The translations under genes were made by a program, and so were the position numbers. From the NCBI GenBank assembly GCA_015067825.1, contig SVLQ01000010.1, positions 32,750-96,749 on the forward strand: a stretch of DNA of 64,000 nt, written 5' to 3'. Below the pieces are notes generated by a model that worked only from the letters and a program-made list of their open reading frames with translations, did no database searches and was not told the origin of the DNA. How positions within the stretch are numbered: position 1 is the stretch's first letter; the number at the start of each line of letters is the position of its first letter. Shown here piece after piece: positions 27,368 to 36,015 of the stretch. The DNA comes from Oscillospiraceae bacterium. Lineage in GTDB: Bacteria; Bacillota; Clostridia; Oscillospirales; QAMX01.

Positions 27368-29809
27368 ATGAACCGTATCCGTTTCCGCAGGATCTGTGCG
27401 GCTGTTGCAGGGATGCTCCTGTGCGTACTCTTAGCTGCGTGTCACCAAGATCCGGAGCTTTCGGCCACCACCGACCCTACGTGCGCTACCGCCCAACCAC
27501 CGGCGACGAGCAGCTCAGTGACCACAACAGGACAGACGACAAGTACAACGGCGGAACCCGACACCGAGCCACAAATGGTGGCAAATGAGCAGGGGAAAAT
27601 CGCCCGAGTCACAGTTTCTACCCCTTGGCAGTGGAATTTTTTCGCTGAAGCCTTCAACGCCGACCGCAGTCGTTTTGCCAATTCCGTCGAGGTATCCATC
27701 ACCGATCGGCTTTCCTTTGCCGACATGACATTCGTCGCTTTGTCCGACGGCTTTACCGGGCGAATTTGCGGCGAGGCGGACGATTCCTTGTATGACGAGC
27801 GCAAAGCTTTGTTAGATGCGGCGATGGCACAGGGCGAAACGATGACTGATCTTCCCGCAAGCGTCGGCGGTTTTTGCGATATTTCTGTGGTTTTTGGCAG
27901 TTCTTCGCTGTTTGGCGATACCGTGGGCAGCCTGTATATCGAAAATCTGGACTTTACAAACATCAGTTACGCAAACTCCGATCAAGAAAATTCCGGCATG
28001 CTCTGCGGCACGGTAGCGATTCTTTCCCTGCGTGATGTCGCGTTCTCCGACTGCCGTTTTGACGCTGCGGAAGTCACCGGTGTTTCACATCTGTTAGCAA
28101 ACACGATTAAAACTCTGAACATCGACCACACTGTCGTTCTTGATTGCACAGCCGCCGCAGCGTGCGAGTACGGTGGTCTGCTGTTTGAACACAGTGAAAA
28201 CGGCGGTGCGGTCAGAAATCTCAGCATTGCCCATTCCTCGTTCTCCGTTTTCAACCGCGAAACTGGCTGTGCCTCTTTGCTCGGCGACCGTATCCTGCAG
28301 GGAATTTTTCAATCGGTGACACTCTACGATTGCGGCGTTTCCGCGCCGTCAACCTCGGCTCTCTGCGCAAGAGCGAGTGCAGCGGCGCTCCATGATATCA
28401 CCGTCAGCCGATGTTCTCTGCGTTCCTTTGAATACGCCGCAGAGCCCCATCTTGCCGGTGGAATCCTGTTTGGCTGGAATGGGGAACAGGAAGTCTTCAC
28501 TTCGGCAGATGTGAAAAACATTGTCATCGCTGATTCGACTCTTAGCTTGGAGTATCGTGATTTTCAGTGGTACGAAAGCCATGGACTCACGATTGAAAAT
28601 TGCCGCAACCAAATTGAGGAACAGTTCCGCGCCCACATGACCTTCCCTTGTGAAACCGACGAAAACGGTTTGATTTCCGCCGTCACCGTCGCCACGCCGC
28701 AGGAATGGAACGATTTTGCCGCGGCCTTTAACCTCGGCAGAGGCCACTTTGCAGATTCTGTCGATGTGGCGATCACCGCGATGCTATCGTTTGACGGCAT
28801 GACCTTTACCTGTCTGCGCGCGCCGTTTGCGGGCAGAATCTACGGTAAGGCGGTCGAGCCCTCCGAGGGAGAAACACCCCATGCGCTGGAAACCGATCCG
28901 CCGACCGTCAGTTATCGCACAGTCACCAACGGCCGTTACAGTGTTGCTTCCGGTCTGACCTGCGGATTTACACAGATCCGTGCGATCGACGGCTATGCCC
29001 TGTTTGGCTATGGACGCGAAAACGGCGATGTTGCGATCGAAAATCTGGAATTTTCCGAGATTTCTTACCAACTCACAAATGCCGACACAAGCTATGCCAT
29101 GCTCCTGCATTCGGCCAAGGCATTGACCGTTTCCGACGTCGTGCTTTACCGCTGCAAATTTGGCGAAAACGGAGAACAGATTCCTTGGCCCAGTACAACC
29201 CCGCAGTGTCTGTTCACGGTTGTTTCCGACAGTTTGTCGCTCTCCCGAGTCATTGTCTCTGATTGCGACAGTTTCAGTTTCGGCAATGGACATCTGTTGT
29301 TCGGATCAGCAGCGGATGCAGCGTTTACGCAAGTATATTTGCTCGGCTGTGATGTTCAGAGTATGTTCTATGGAGATTATGTGGAGCACGCTTCTCTGTT
29401 TGGAGAGCTTGTCTGCAACACCGCGGAATTCACCGATATTTTTCTCTACGACTGCCATGTCAGCGGTTCGGTCGCGTCAGCCTTCGGGCACGCAGGCGAG
29501 GTCGGTGCGATGAAAAACATTCGGATAGATCGTTGCAGCTTCACTACGGCATACGAGCCTCACGACGCCACGCAAAGCACGCTCTCCGGCGCGCTGTTTT
29601 TCTCCGAAAAGCGCACCGAGTTTTATGGGCCAATCGACACGGAGACGGCGGCGATATGGGCAACGACCGAAGCCGAGCTTTTGACCGATGCGGAAATCGA
29701 AAACGTACGTGTGACAAATTCCGTTGTCATGCTCCCTGACGGACGGGAGCTGGCCGATTACCGCGCGTATGGTATTATTGTTGAAAACTGTCTGAATATC
29801 GTCGATTGA
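27368..29809 (+). CDS. Lipoprotein with two copies of an unnamed beta-helix-like domain
   Basis: LAAC lipobox, Thr-rich linker, internal repeat VTVxTPxxWNxFAxAFN...ENCxN. Confidence 0.75.
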   Translation: MNRIRFRRICAAVAGMLLCVLLAACHQDPELSATTDPTCATAQPPATSSSVTTTGQTTSTTAEPDTEPQMVANEQGKIARVTVSTPWQWNFFAEAFNADRSRFANSVEVSITDRLSFADMTFVALSDGFTGRICGEADDSLYDERKALLDAAMAQGETMTDLPASVGGFCDISVVFGSSSLFGDTVGSLYIENLDFTNISYANSDQENSGMLCGTVAILSLRDVAFSDCRFDAAEVTGVSHLLANTIKTLNIDHTVVLDCTAAAACEYGGLLFEHSENGGAVRNLSIAHSSFSVFNRETGCASLLGDRILQGIFQSVTLYDCGVSAPSTSALCARASAAALHDITVSRCSLRSFEYAAEPHLAGGILFGWNGEQEVFTSADVKNIVIADSTLSLEYRDFQWYESHGLTIENCRNQIEEQFRAHMTFPCETDENGLISAVTVATPQEWNDFAAAFNLGRGHFADSVDVAITAMLSFDGMTFTCLRAPFAGRIYGKAVEPSEGETPHALETDPPTVSYRTVTNGRYSVASGLTCGFTQIRAIDGYALFGYGRENGDVAIENLEFSEISYQLTNADTSYAMLLHSAKALTVSDVVLYRCKFGENGEQIPWPSTTPQCLFTVVSDSLSLSRVIVSDCDSFSFGNGHLLFGSAADAAFTQVYLLGCDVQSMFYGDYVEHASLFGELVCNTAEFTDIFLYDCHVSGSVASAFGHAGEVGAMKNIRIDRCSFTTAYEPHDATQSTLSGALFFSEKRTEFYGPIDTETAAIWATTEAELLTDAEIENVRVTNSVVMLPDGRELADYRAYGIIVENCLNIVD

Positions 29810-29889
29810 CGCAAGCGAAATATGAAAATCGCTTCATTTTCTATGCTATAATCATTGCAGAGGTTTATCCCAACAGGAGGTTTGATTTT

Positions 29890-31290
29890 ATGTCACGGGG
29901 CGTTTTGCGAGGGATTCTTGTCATCCTTTTCATGCTTCTTTTACTGCTTTCCGGTTGCCAAACAATCGGATCGACCGAAACTGTGCAGACGACGAGCGCT
30001 CCTGTGCAAACCACGCCTCCGGGAAGTACAGCTGCCACAACGGAATCGACCACGACGACTGCCACCCCTCCGCAGACAACAACTTCCGTCACCACAAGCG
30101 AAACGACCGCGCAAACGTCGTCCACAACGATAAGCGCACTGCAGTTTGTCTGCGATCCGCAAGGCAAAATCGAGTCCGTTACCGTTTCGACCCCGGAAGA
30201 GTGGAATTCTTTTGCCGCAGCGTTCAACGCCGAGCCGGAGCGTTTTGCCGATTCCGTCGACGTAGAGATCGCAGCGCTACTCTCGTTTGACGGCATGATC
30301 TTCGTATCGCTCGACACGGACTTTTCCGGCACCATCCATGGGCCGAAAAATGACGACGTTTTTTCCGCAGAATCGCTGCAGCGCTGGCTCGACGATTGCC
30401 GCACGTATCCCGAATCGGGCATCCCCTTCTGTCGGGAATTTGCCGCGGGATTTTCCAACGTTCGGACGGTTTCGGGAGGGCCGATGTTCGGTAAAGCTTG
30501 TGGCGCGCTCTCGCTGGAATATCTGGGCTTTTATAATATTGCCTACCAAGTGATCGATCCACCGCAGTACGGATCGTTTCACGGCATGCTGTGTCACCGC
30601 GCAGAAAGCTTGTCGCTCGAGAACGTGATTTTCCTTGCCTGTGGCAATGCTGGGGAAGAGTATACCGACAGCCACCTGCTGCTGCCGGAGGTGTGCGATG
30701 AATTACTGGCAGAGACCATCCAAACTCTTTCGCTCCGGAACGTCATCGCCCAAAGCTGTACCGCAAATTCTGCGGGATTGTTTTACGAGGTCGTGGAAGA
30801 AACGCTGACGGTCGATGGGCTGTACGTCGTTGGCTGCACAAACCGAACCGGCATCGCGTATGAATATATCCCCGCTTCCTTGCTCGGCGGCAGAGTCACC
30901 GGTTCGGCCACGCTGGAAAACATCGTTTTGCTCCGCAGCCGCGCCAACGGCTTGATCGGTTCGGCCTTTGGGCTGATCGCGCAGGTAAATGCGCTGAGAA
31001 ACATCGAGATTAAAACCTGTAATTTTTACTCACCCGTTTTTGCATCCACTGTCCATTCCGGCGCCAGCGGTATGCTGTTCCCTTGCTACGTCGGCATCGG
31101 CAGTATGCAAACATGGCCCGACAAGATGGAACTTGATTTCGAGGCGGAAACGTTGAAACATACGCCGCTGATCGAAAACGTCACGGTCTCCGGCACCGTC
31201 ACCTCCCTCAACCCGAGATACGGCCGTGACTACGACTGGTACCGCGCCTTGGGCATCGTCGTTGAAAACTGTCTGAACATCGTCGATTGA
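29890..31290 (+). CDS. Paralogous lipoprotein with one copy of the same domain
   Basis: LSGC lipobox, Thr-rich linker, same domain boundaries; AGGAGG RBS. Confidence 0.75.
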   Translation: MSRGVLRGILVILFMLLLLLSGCQTIGSTETVQTTSAPVQTTPPGSTAATTESTTTTATPPQTTTSVTTSETTAQTSSTTISALQFVCDPQGKIESVTVSTPEEWNSFAAAFNAEPERFADSVDVEIAALLSFDGMIFVSLDTDFSGTIHGPKNDDVFSAESLQRWLDDCRTYPESGIPFCREFAAGFSNVRTVSGGPMFGKACGALSLEYLGFYNIAYQVIDPPQYGSFHGMLCHRAESLSLENVIFLACGNAGEEYTDSHLLLPEVCDELLAETIQTLSLRNVIAQSCTANSAGLFYEVVEETLTVDGLYVVGCTNRTGIAYEYIPASLLGGRVTGSATLENIVLLRSRANGLIGSAFGLIAQVNALRNIEIKTCNFYSPVFASTVHSGASGMLFPCYVGIGSMQTWPDKMELDFEAETLKHTPLIENVTVSGTVTSLNPRYGRDYDWYRALGIVVENCLNIVD

Positions 31291-31293
31291 CGC

Positions 31294-31329
31294 AAAAAAA
31301 GAGGTTTACCGATCGGTAAACCTCTTTTT
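31294..31329. terminator. Bidirectional terminator
   Basis: aaaaagaggtttaccgatcggtaaacctcttttt palindrome between convergent genes. Confidence 0.88.
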
Positions 31330-31337
31330 GGATTTCG

Positions 31338-33020
31338 CTACACGTGCTGTTCGGCGCCGTTGACCATTTCATCGGCCATCGCACGGAGCTTGTACTTCAA
31401 GATCTTACCCGCCGCATTCATCGGGAAGCCCTCGACAAAGCGGATATAGGACGGAACCTTATGGCGCGACATATTCTGCCGCACGAATTCCTTCAGGCTC
31501 TCTTCGGTCTCGTTGGCGCCTTCATTCAGAATAACGAACGCCATGACCTCTTCGCCGAATTTCTTCGACGGCACGCCGACGACCTGCACGTCCTGCACGG
31601 CCGCGTGCGTATACATCAGTTCTTCGATCTCGCGCGGGTAGATATTTTCGCCGCCGCGGATGATCATATCCTTGATGCGTCCCGTGATGCGGTAGTAGCC
31701 GTTGGGATCGCGCACGGCGAGGTCGCCGGAATGGAGCCAGTTATCTTCGTCGATAACGGCTTTGGTCGCTTCTTCCATCTTATAGTAGCCGCGCATCGTG
31801 TTGTAGCCGCGGCTGCAGAATTCGCCGGTCTGGCCGTCAGGCAGTTCTTCGCCCGTTTCGGGGTCGACGATCTTGGTCTCGACGAACGGCATGCTTCTGC
31901 CGACGGTGGAGACACGCAGTTCGAGCGGATCGCCCGTGTTGGTCATCGTCGTGGCCGGCGAGGCTTCGGTCTGGCCGTAGGTGATCGTGATCTCGCGCAT
32001 GCCCATGCGCTCGACGACCTTCTGCATGACGTTGATCGGACACGGCGAACCCGCCATGATGCCCGTGCGCAGGCTGGAGAGGTCGTACTTTTCGAAATCC
32101 GGGTGGTCGAGGATGAAAATATACATCGTCGGCACGCCGTGGAAGGCCGTGCAACGTTCGGCTTCGATCGATTTCATGACCTTGGTGGGGCTGTAGACAT
32201 CGACGAGAACGAGGGTCGTCGCGTGGGTCAGGCTCGCCATCGTCGCAAGCACCAGCCCGAAGCAATGGAACAGCGGCACGGTGACGCAGAGGCGGTCGGC
32301 GGGGCTGAAGCGCATATTTTCGCCGATATAGTAGCCGTTGTTCAAAATATTATAGTGCGTGAGCATAACGCCCTTGGGGAAACCGGTCGTGCCGGAGGTG
32401 TACTGCATATTGATGACGTCGTGCGGGTCGAGGGTGGCGCCGATCTCGTCGATCACCGCGTCGGGCGTGTCCGCGCCGCCGTCGATCATCGACTGCCACG
32501 AGCACATCGATTCGGGCACGGCTTCGCTGGCATCGTAGGGGATGTAGACGATGCTTTCGAGGAACGGCAGACGGTCGGAGTGCAGATGGAGCGAGGAACC
32601 GGTCTCGTCGATCTCGGGCATCAGCTGCTTGACGATCGGCGTGTAGTCGGCGTCCTTCGTGCCCTTGACGTAGCAGAGCACTTTGGTGTCGGACTGGCGA
32701 AGGAGGTATTCGAGCTCGAAGACTTTGTAGTTCGTGTTGACCGTGACCAGGATCGCACCGATCTTGGCGCAGCCAAACAGCGTATACAGCCATTCGGGGT
32801 AGTTCGTCGCCCAGATCGCGACCTTATCGCCCTTCTCGACGCCCAGCGCGCGCAGACCCTTGGCGACTTCGACGGCGCGGCGATCCAGATCGCTCCAGCT
32901 CATGCGCACGCCGCGGTCGACGTTGACGACGGCGTCCTTGTCGGGATAGAACTCCGCGACGCGGTGCAGCCAGTCGCCGACCGTAATGGGCAAAAATCCG
33001 TCTTTCATGATAGAATACAT
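31338..33020 (-). CDS. AMP-dependent acyl-CoA synthetase
   Basis: YTSGTTGFPKG, YGQTE, SGDL and RIKDMIIRGGENIYPREIE motifs. Confidence 0.93.
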   Translation of the reverse strand: MYSIMKDGFLPITVGDWLHRVAEFYPDKDAVVNVDRGVRMSWSDLDRRAVEVAKGLRALGVEKGDKVAIWATNYPEWLYTLFGCAKIGAILVTVNTNYKVFELEYLLRQSDTKVLCYVKGTKDADYTPIVKQLMPEIDETGSSLHLHSDRLPFLESIVYIPYDASEAVPESMCSWQSMIDGGADTPDAVIDEIGATLDPHDVINMQYTSGTTGFPKGVMLTHYNILNNGYYIGENMRFSPADRLCVTVPLFHCFGLVLATMASLTHATTLVLVDVYSPTKVMKSIEAERCTAFHGVPTMYIFILDHPDFEKYDLSSLRTGIMAGSPCPINVMQKVVERMGMREITITYGQTEASPATTMTNTGDPLELRVSTVGRSMPFVETKIVDPETGEELPDGQTGEFCSRGYNTMRGYYKMEEATKAVIDEDNWLHSGDLAVRDPNGYYRITGRIKDMIIRGGENIYPREIEELMYTHAAVQDVQVVGVPSKKFGEEVMAFVILNEGANETEESLKEFVRQNMSRHKVPSYIRFVEGFPMNAAGKILKYKLRAMADEMVNGAEQHV

Positions 33021-33084
33021 CGTTGATTCCTCATTTCCCTGTGATTTCGATCCGTTTTTCGTGCAGGGGCCACGGAAACGGCAA

Positions 33085-33340
33085 ATAAAAAAGCCCCTTT
33101 TGCGTTTGCAAAAGGGGCGCAGTAAAAGCGCGGTACCACCCTGACTTCGCGGAAAAATCCGCCTCATGGAATGCCGTAACGTGCATTGCTCCGTCGCCGC
33201 TTACGCACCCCGTTTGGGTTTTCGGCAGCGCCGCTCGGGAGTGAGCGCGTCATACGGATCCCCCTCGCTTTCTCGCACCAACCGAAAGCTCTCTTGTCTG
33301 GAAAGACCGCTTGTGTGACGACATCTCCGTCATAGCGTTT
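33085..33340 (-). ncRNA. T-box riboswitch, predicted Leu (CUC) specifier
   Basis: AGGGTGGTACCGCG T-box, gccccttttgc...gcaaaaggggc-TTTTT terminator, stem I with AGAGA and GGTGCGA motifs, CTC-A at 33245-33242. Confidence 0.88.
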
Positions 33341-33358
33341 CAAAAATGATTTTTGGAA

Positions 33359-33388
33359 ATTATATCACAGTTCCTATGCATTTGTCAA
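33359..33388 (-). promoter_or_regulatory. SigA promoter of the T-box leader
   Basis: TTGACA-18 bp-TATAAT with extended TG. Confidence 0.8.
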
Positions 33389-33425
33389 GTATTTTTTTAC
33401 AGTCAAGCGGATGCAGCCGCCGCGC

Positions 33426-33454
33426 TTGACAGGACGGCCCGTTTTCGGTATACT
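33426..33454 (+). promoter_or_regulatory. SigA promoter
   Basis: TTGACA-17 bp-TATACT. Confidence 0.78.
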
Positions 33455-33487
33455 AACAGTAACGCACGACAAAAGGAGCGATTGGGA

Positions 33488-34249
33488 ATGAAAAAGCATC
33501 CGTATATTTTCGAAACGCCCGTTTACGATCTCGCCGAGCTCGTCCGCTACAACCTCCACGTCCACACCTTCTGCTCGCGCTGCGGCAAGGCCGATATGCA
33601 CATGCCCCTGATCCTGGCCGAAGCTGACCGTGCCGGGCTCGAGATGATCGCCATCACCGATCACTCGCACTACGCCGAGCTGAGCGAGGTCGCCGTGGCG
33701 CAGGCGCGGATGCACAAGCGCATCGCCGACAAGATCCCTCACCGCGTCAAGGTGCTTTACGGCGCAGAGCTCTCCAACCCCGACATCGGCGTGTTCTACG
33801 ACACCGACGAGGCCAACGACGCGCTCGAATACCGCCTCTACGCGACAAACCATTTCCAGATCGACGGTTTTGCCCACCCCGAGGACAAATCGATCCGCGG
33901 CTACGCCGAGTATCTGCTCAAGAAAACGCGCGTTCTGATGGAATCCGGCCGCGCCGACTGCGTTGCCCACCCGCTGACGGGGATGCGCGTGCCCGTTTGC
34001 ACGCCGCCGGAGGTCAGCGCGGCGATGACCGACAACGAGATCGGCGAGCTCTGCGAGTTGAGCGCGAGAACCCACGTCGCCCTTGAGATCAACCGCGCAT
34101 CAGTCAATTCCGACCCCGCGCTCGTGCGCAGGCTTTGGAACCTCGGCCGCGAAGCCGGTGCGTTCTTGCACTACGGTGCCGACGCGCACGACATCGGCGC
34201 CGTCGACACGATTGCCCAGCTCGCCGACCTGAAAGCCATTCTGAACTGA
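33488..34249 (+). CDS. PHP-domain phosphoesterase
   Basis: LHVHT, AITDH, GAE, AHP, LEIN and GADAH motifs. Confidence 0.88.
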   Translation: MKKHPYIFETPVYDLAELVRYNLHVHTFCSRCGKADMHMPLILAEADRAGLEMIAITDHSHYAELSEVAVAQARMHKRIADKIPHRVKVLYGAELSNPDIGVFYDTDEANDALEYRLYATNHFQIDGFAHPEDKSIRGYAEYLLKKTRVLMESGRADCVAHPLTGMRVPVCTPPEVSAAMTDNEIGELCELSARTHVALEINRASVNSDPALVRRLWNLGREAGAFLHYGADAHDIGAVDTIAQLADLKAILN

Positions 34250-34449
34250 CGCAAACCACCGAAGGGCCGCCGCGTTTGCGGCAGCCCTTCTATTCCAAAC
34301 GGCGCCGCTCCGCCCACACCTTTCCCAAAACGCACCCGCGAACCACGCAGGCGGGCGTATCGCCGGAGCTTTCCGTCGTTCCATCTTATGCGCGGCACTT
34401 CGCGCGTGTTCCCACGCGCACCTGTCCGCAGTTTCGGAGGTGTTTTGCC

Positions 34450-35328
34450 ATGGCAGGCCAAACCGCTACGATTTTTAATATCCAACGCTTTTCGCTGCAC
34501 GACGGCCCCGGCATCCGCACGACCGTTTTTTTAAAGGGCTGCAATCTGCGCTGTTTTTGGTGCCACAATCCCGAAGGCCTGACCGTTTCCCGCCAGTTGA
34601 TGCGCTACCCCGACAAATGCATCGGCTGCGGAAAATGCGGCGAGGTATGCGGCTACCGTCTTGATCCGGCCTCGTGCGTTGGCTGCGGCAAATGCGCCGA
34701 GGTCTGTCCGGCTGCCGCACGGACGATGACCGGCGAGGAAAAAACGGTGGACGAGGTCGTTGCGACCGTTCTGAAAGACCGTGCCTTCTACGCCAAGGCC
34801 GGCGGTGCGACGTTTTCGGGCGGCGAGCCGCTCCTGCAGGCCGAGTTCGTGCGCGCATGCGCCGACCGCCTGGTCGCGGAAGGCATTCCCTGCGCGATTG
34901 AAACGGCGGCATGTCTGCCGTGGGAGAAAATCGAGACCGTTTTGCCCGCACTTTCGCTGGTGATCATGGACCTCAAGCACCACGATCCGCAGGCCTTTGC
35001 CAAATACTGCGGCGGCAAGCTGGAAACCGTGACCGAAAACCTTGCGCGTATTGCCCGGTCGGGGATCGAATACTGGGTGCGCATTCCGCTGATCCCGGGC
35101 GTCAACGCCGATCCGGAAAGCGTTTCGCAGATCGGCGCGCTGATCTGCACGACCGTCGGCGAACATCTGCCCGGCGTTGTCGAGCTGATGCCGTTCCACG
35201 CGCTCGGCGGCTCCAAATACGATGCGCTCGGCCAGAATTACGCCGCAACCGGGCTGGATGCCCCGGAAAAGGCGTTGCAGGAGGCCTGCCGTGAGGCGCT
35301 GCGCGCCCACGGACTGAACGCGATCTGA
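34450..35328 (+). CDS. Glycyl-radical enzyme activating protein (radical SAM, ferredoxin insert)
   Basis: HDGPGIRTTVFLKGCNLRCFWCHNPE, two CxxCxxCxxxC motifs, SGGEP; GGAGGT RBS. Confidence 0.93.
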   Translation: MAGQTATIFNIQRFSLHDGPGIRTTVFLKGCNLRCFWCHNPEGLTVSRQLMRYPDKCIGCGKCGEVCGYRLDPASCVGCGKCAEVCPAAARTMTGEEKTVDEVVATVLKDRAFYAKAGGATFSGGEPLLQAEFVRACADRLVAEGIPCAIETAACLPWEKIETVLPALSLVIMDLKHHDPQAFAKYCGGKLETVTENLARIARSGIEYWVRIPLIPGVNADPESVSQIGALICTTVGEHLPGVVELMPFHALGGSKYDALGQNYAATGLDAPEKALQEACREALRAHGLNAI

Positions 35329-35367
35329 TCGATTTTTCGCAGACGACAAAAAAATCCAAAATCGCGG

Positions 35368-35396
35368 TGGACGATATCCGCGGTTTATGATATAAT
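35368..35396 (+). promoter_or_regulatory. SigA-type promoter
   Basis: TGGACG-17 bp-TATAAT with extended TG. Confidence 0.6.
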
Positions 35397-35455
35397 AGAA
35401 GTGGACACAATACAAGTACCGACCGCCGAAAGGCTACATACAGGAGGTTTTTCCC

Positions 35456-35773
35456 ATGAGTGAAGATTACGGCAACGATTTCATCGTCCTGACCGACGAA
35501 GACGGCAACGAGATCGAACTCGAGCACCTGAGCACGCTGGAGTACGAAGCCGAAACCTACATGGCGTTCGTTGAAGCCAATCCCGACCCCGAAACGATCC
35601 TCGATCCCGATTCCGCCGAGCTGATCATCCTCAAGGTCATCGACGAAGACGGCGAAGATATGCTCGTCACGCTCGACGACGAAGAACTGCTGGAAAAGAT
35701 CTTCCAGATGTTCGTTGAAAAGCTCGAAAACGAAGACGGCGAAGAAGCCGACTTCAGCGACGACGAAGAATAA
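35456..35773 (+). CDS. DUF1292 acidic protein
   Basis: IVLTDEDGNEIELE...Y...IILKV pattern, very acidic. Confidence 0.85.
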   Translation: MSEDYGNDFIVLTDEDGNEIELEHLSTLEYEAETYMAFVEANPDPETILDPDSAELIILKVIDEDGEDMLVTLDDEELLEKIFQMFVEKLENEDGEEADFSDDEE

Positions 35774-35780
35774 GTCTGCT

Positions 35781-35977
35781 CGTTTCCTGCGTGGTGCGTG
35801 ATCTGTTTGTTTTTAACCCACAAAACATCGAAAAGGGATGCCGGGTCCGGCAGTGGTTCGCAGGCCTCCCGCCTGCATTCTGCGGGCGGAAGTTGGAAGC
35901 GGTAAAGCTGTTGGCAGGCAACCCACCTGTATCAATCTGTGCAGGTTATTTTCGGCAGACACGGCCAACGCGGGGCG
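35781..35977 (+). ncRNA. ssrS: 6S RNA (probable)
   Basis: ~195-nt intergenic rod: 5' cctgcgtggtgcgtgatctg pairs with 3' cagacacggccaacgcgggg; contains Firmicutes-6S-like GGCAACCCACCTG...GCAGGTT and an A-rich central bubble. Confidence 0.72.
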
Positions 35978-36015
35978 CGCATGAAAAATGACTTTGAAAT
36001 GAGCGTGTCAACAAG

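Noticed and set aside
29780-31295. Diversity-generating retroelement TR/VR pair at the lipoprotein 3' ends
   Set aside because: The match is only 35 bp, the single difference is T/C rather than adenine-specific, and no reverse transcriptase is in the window
31344-33026. Long antisense ORFs (also 25879..27264, 5737..7089, 59050..60447, 36781..38037, 14621..15631)
   Set aside because: They mirror well-supported genes on the opposite strand, as expected from high-GC codon bias
35791-35991. 66-aa ORF between DUF1292 and csaB
   Set aside because: No RBS; the region is better explained as 6S RNA
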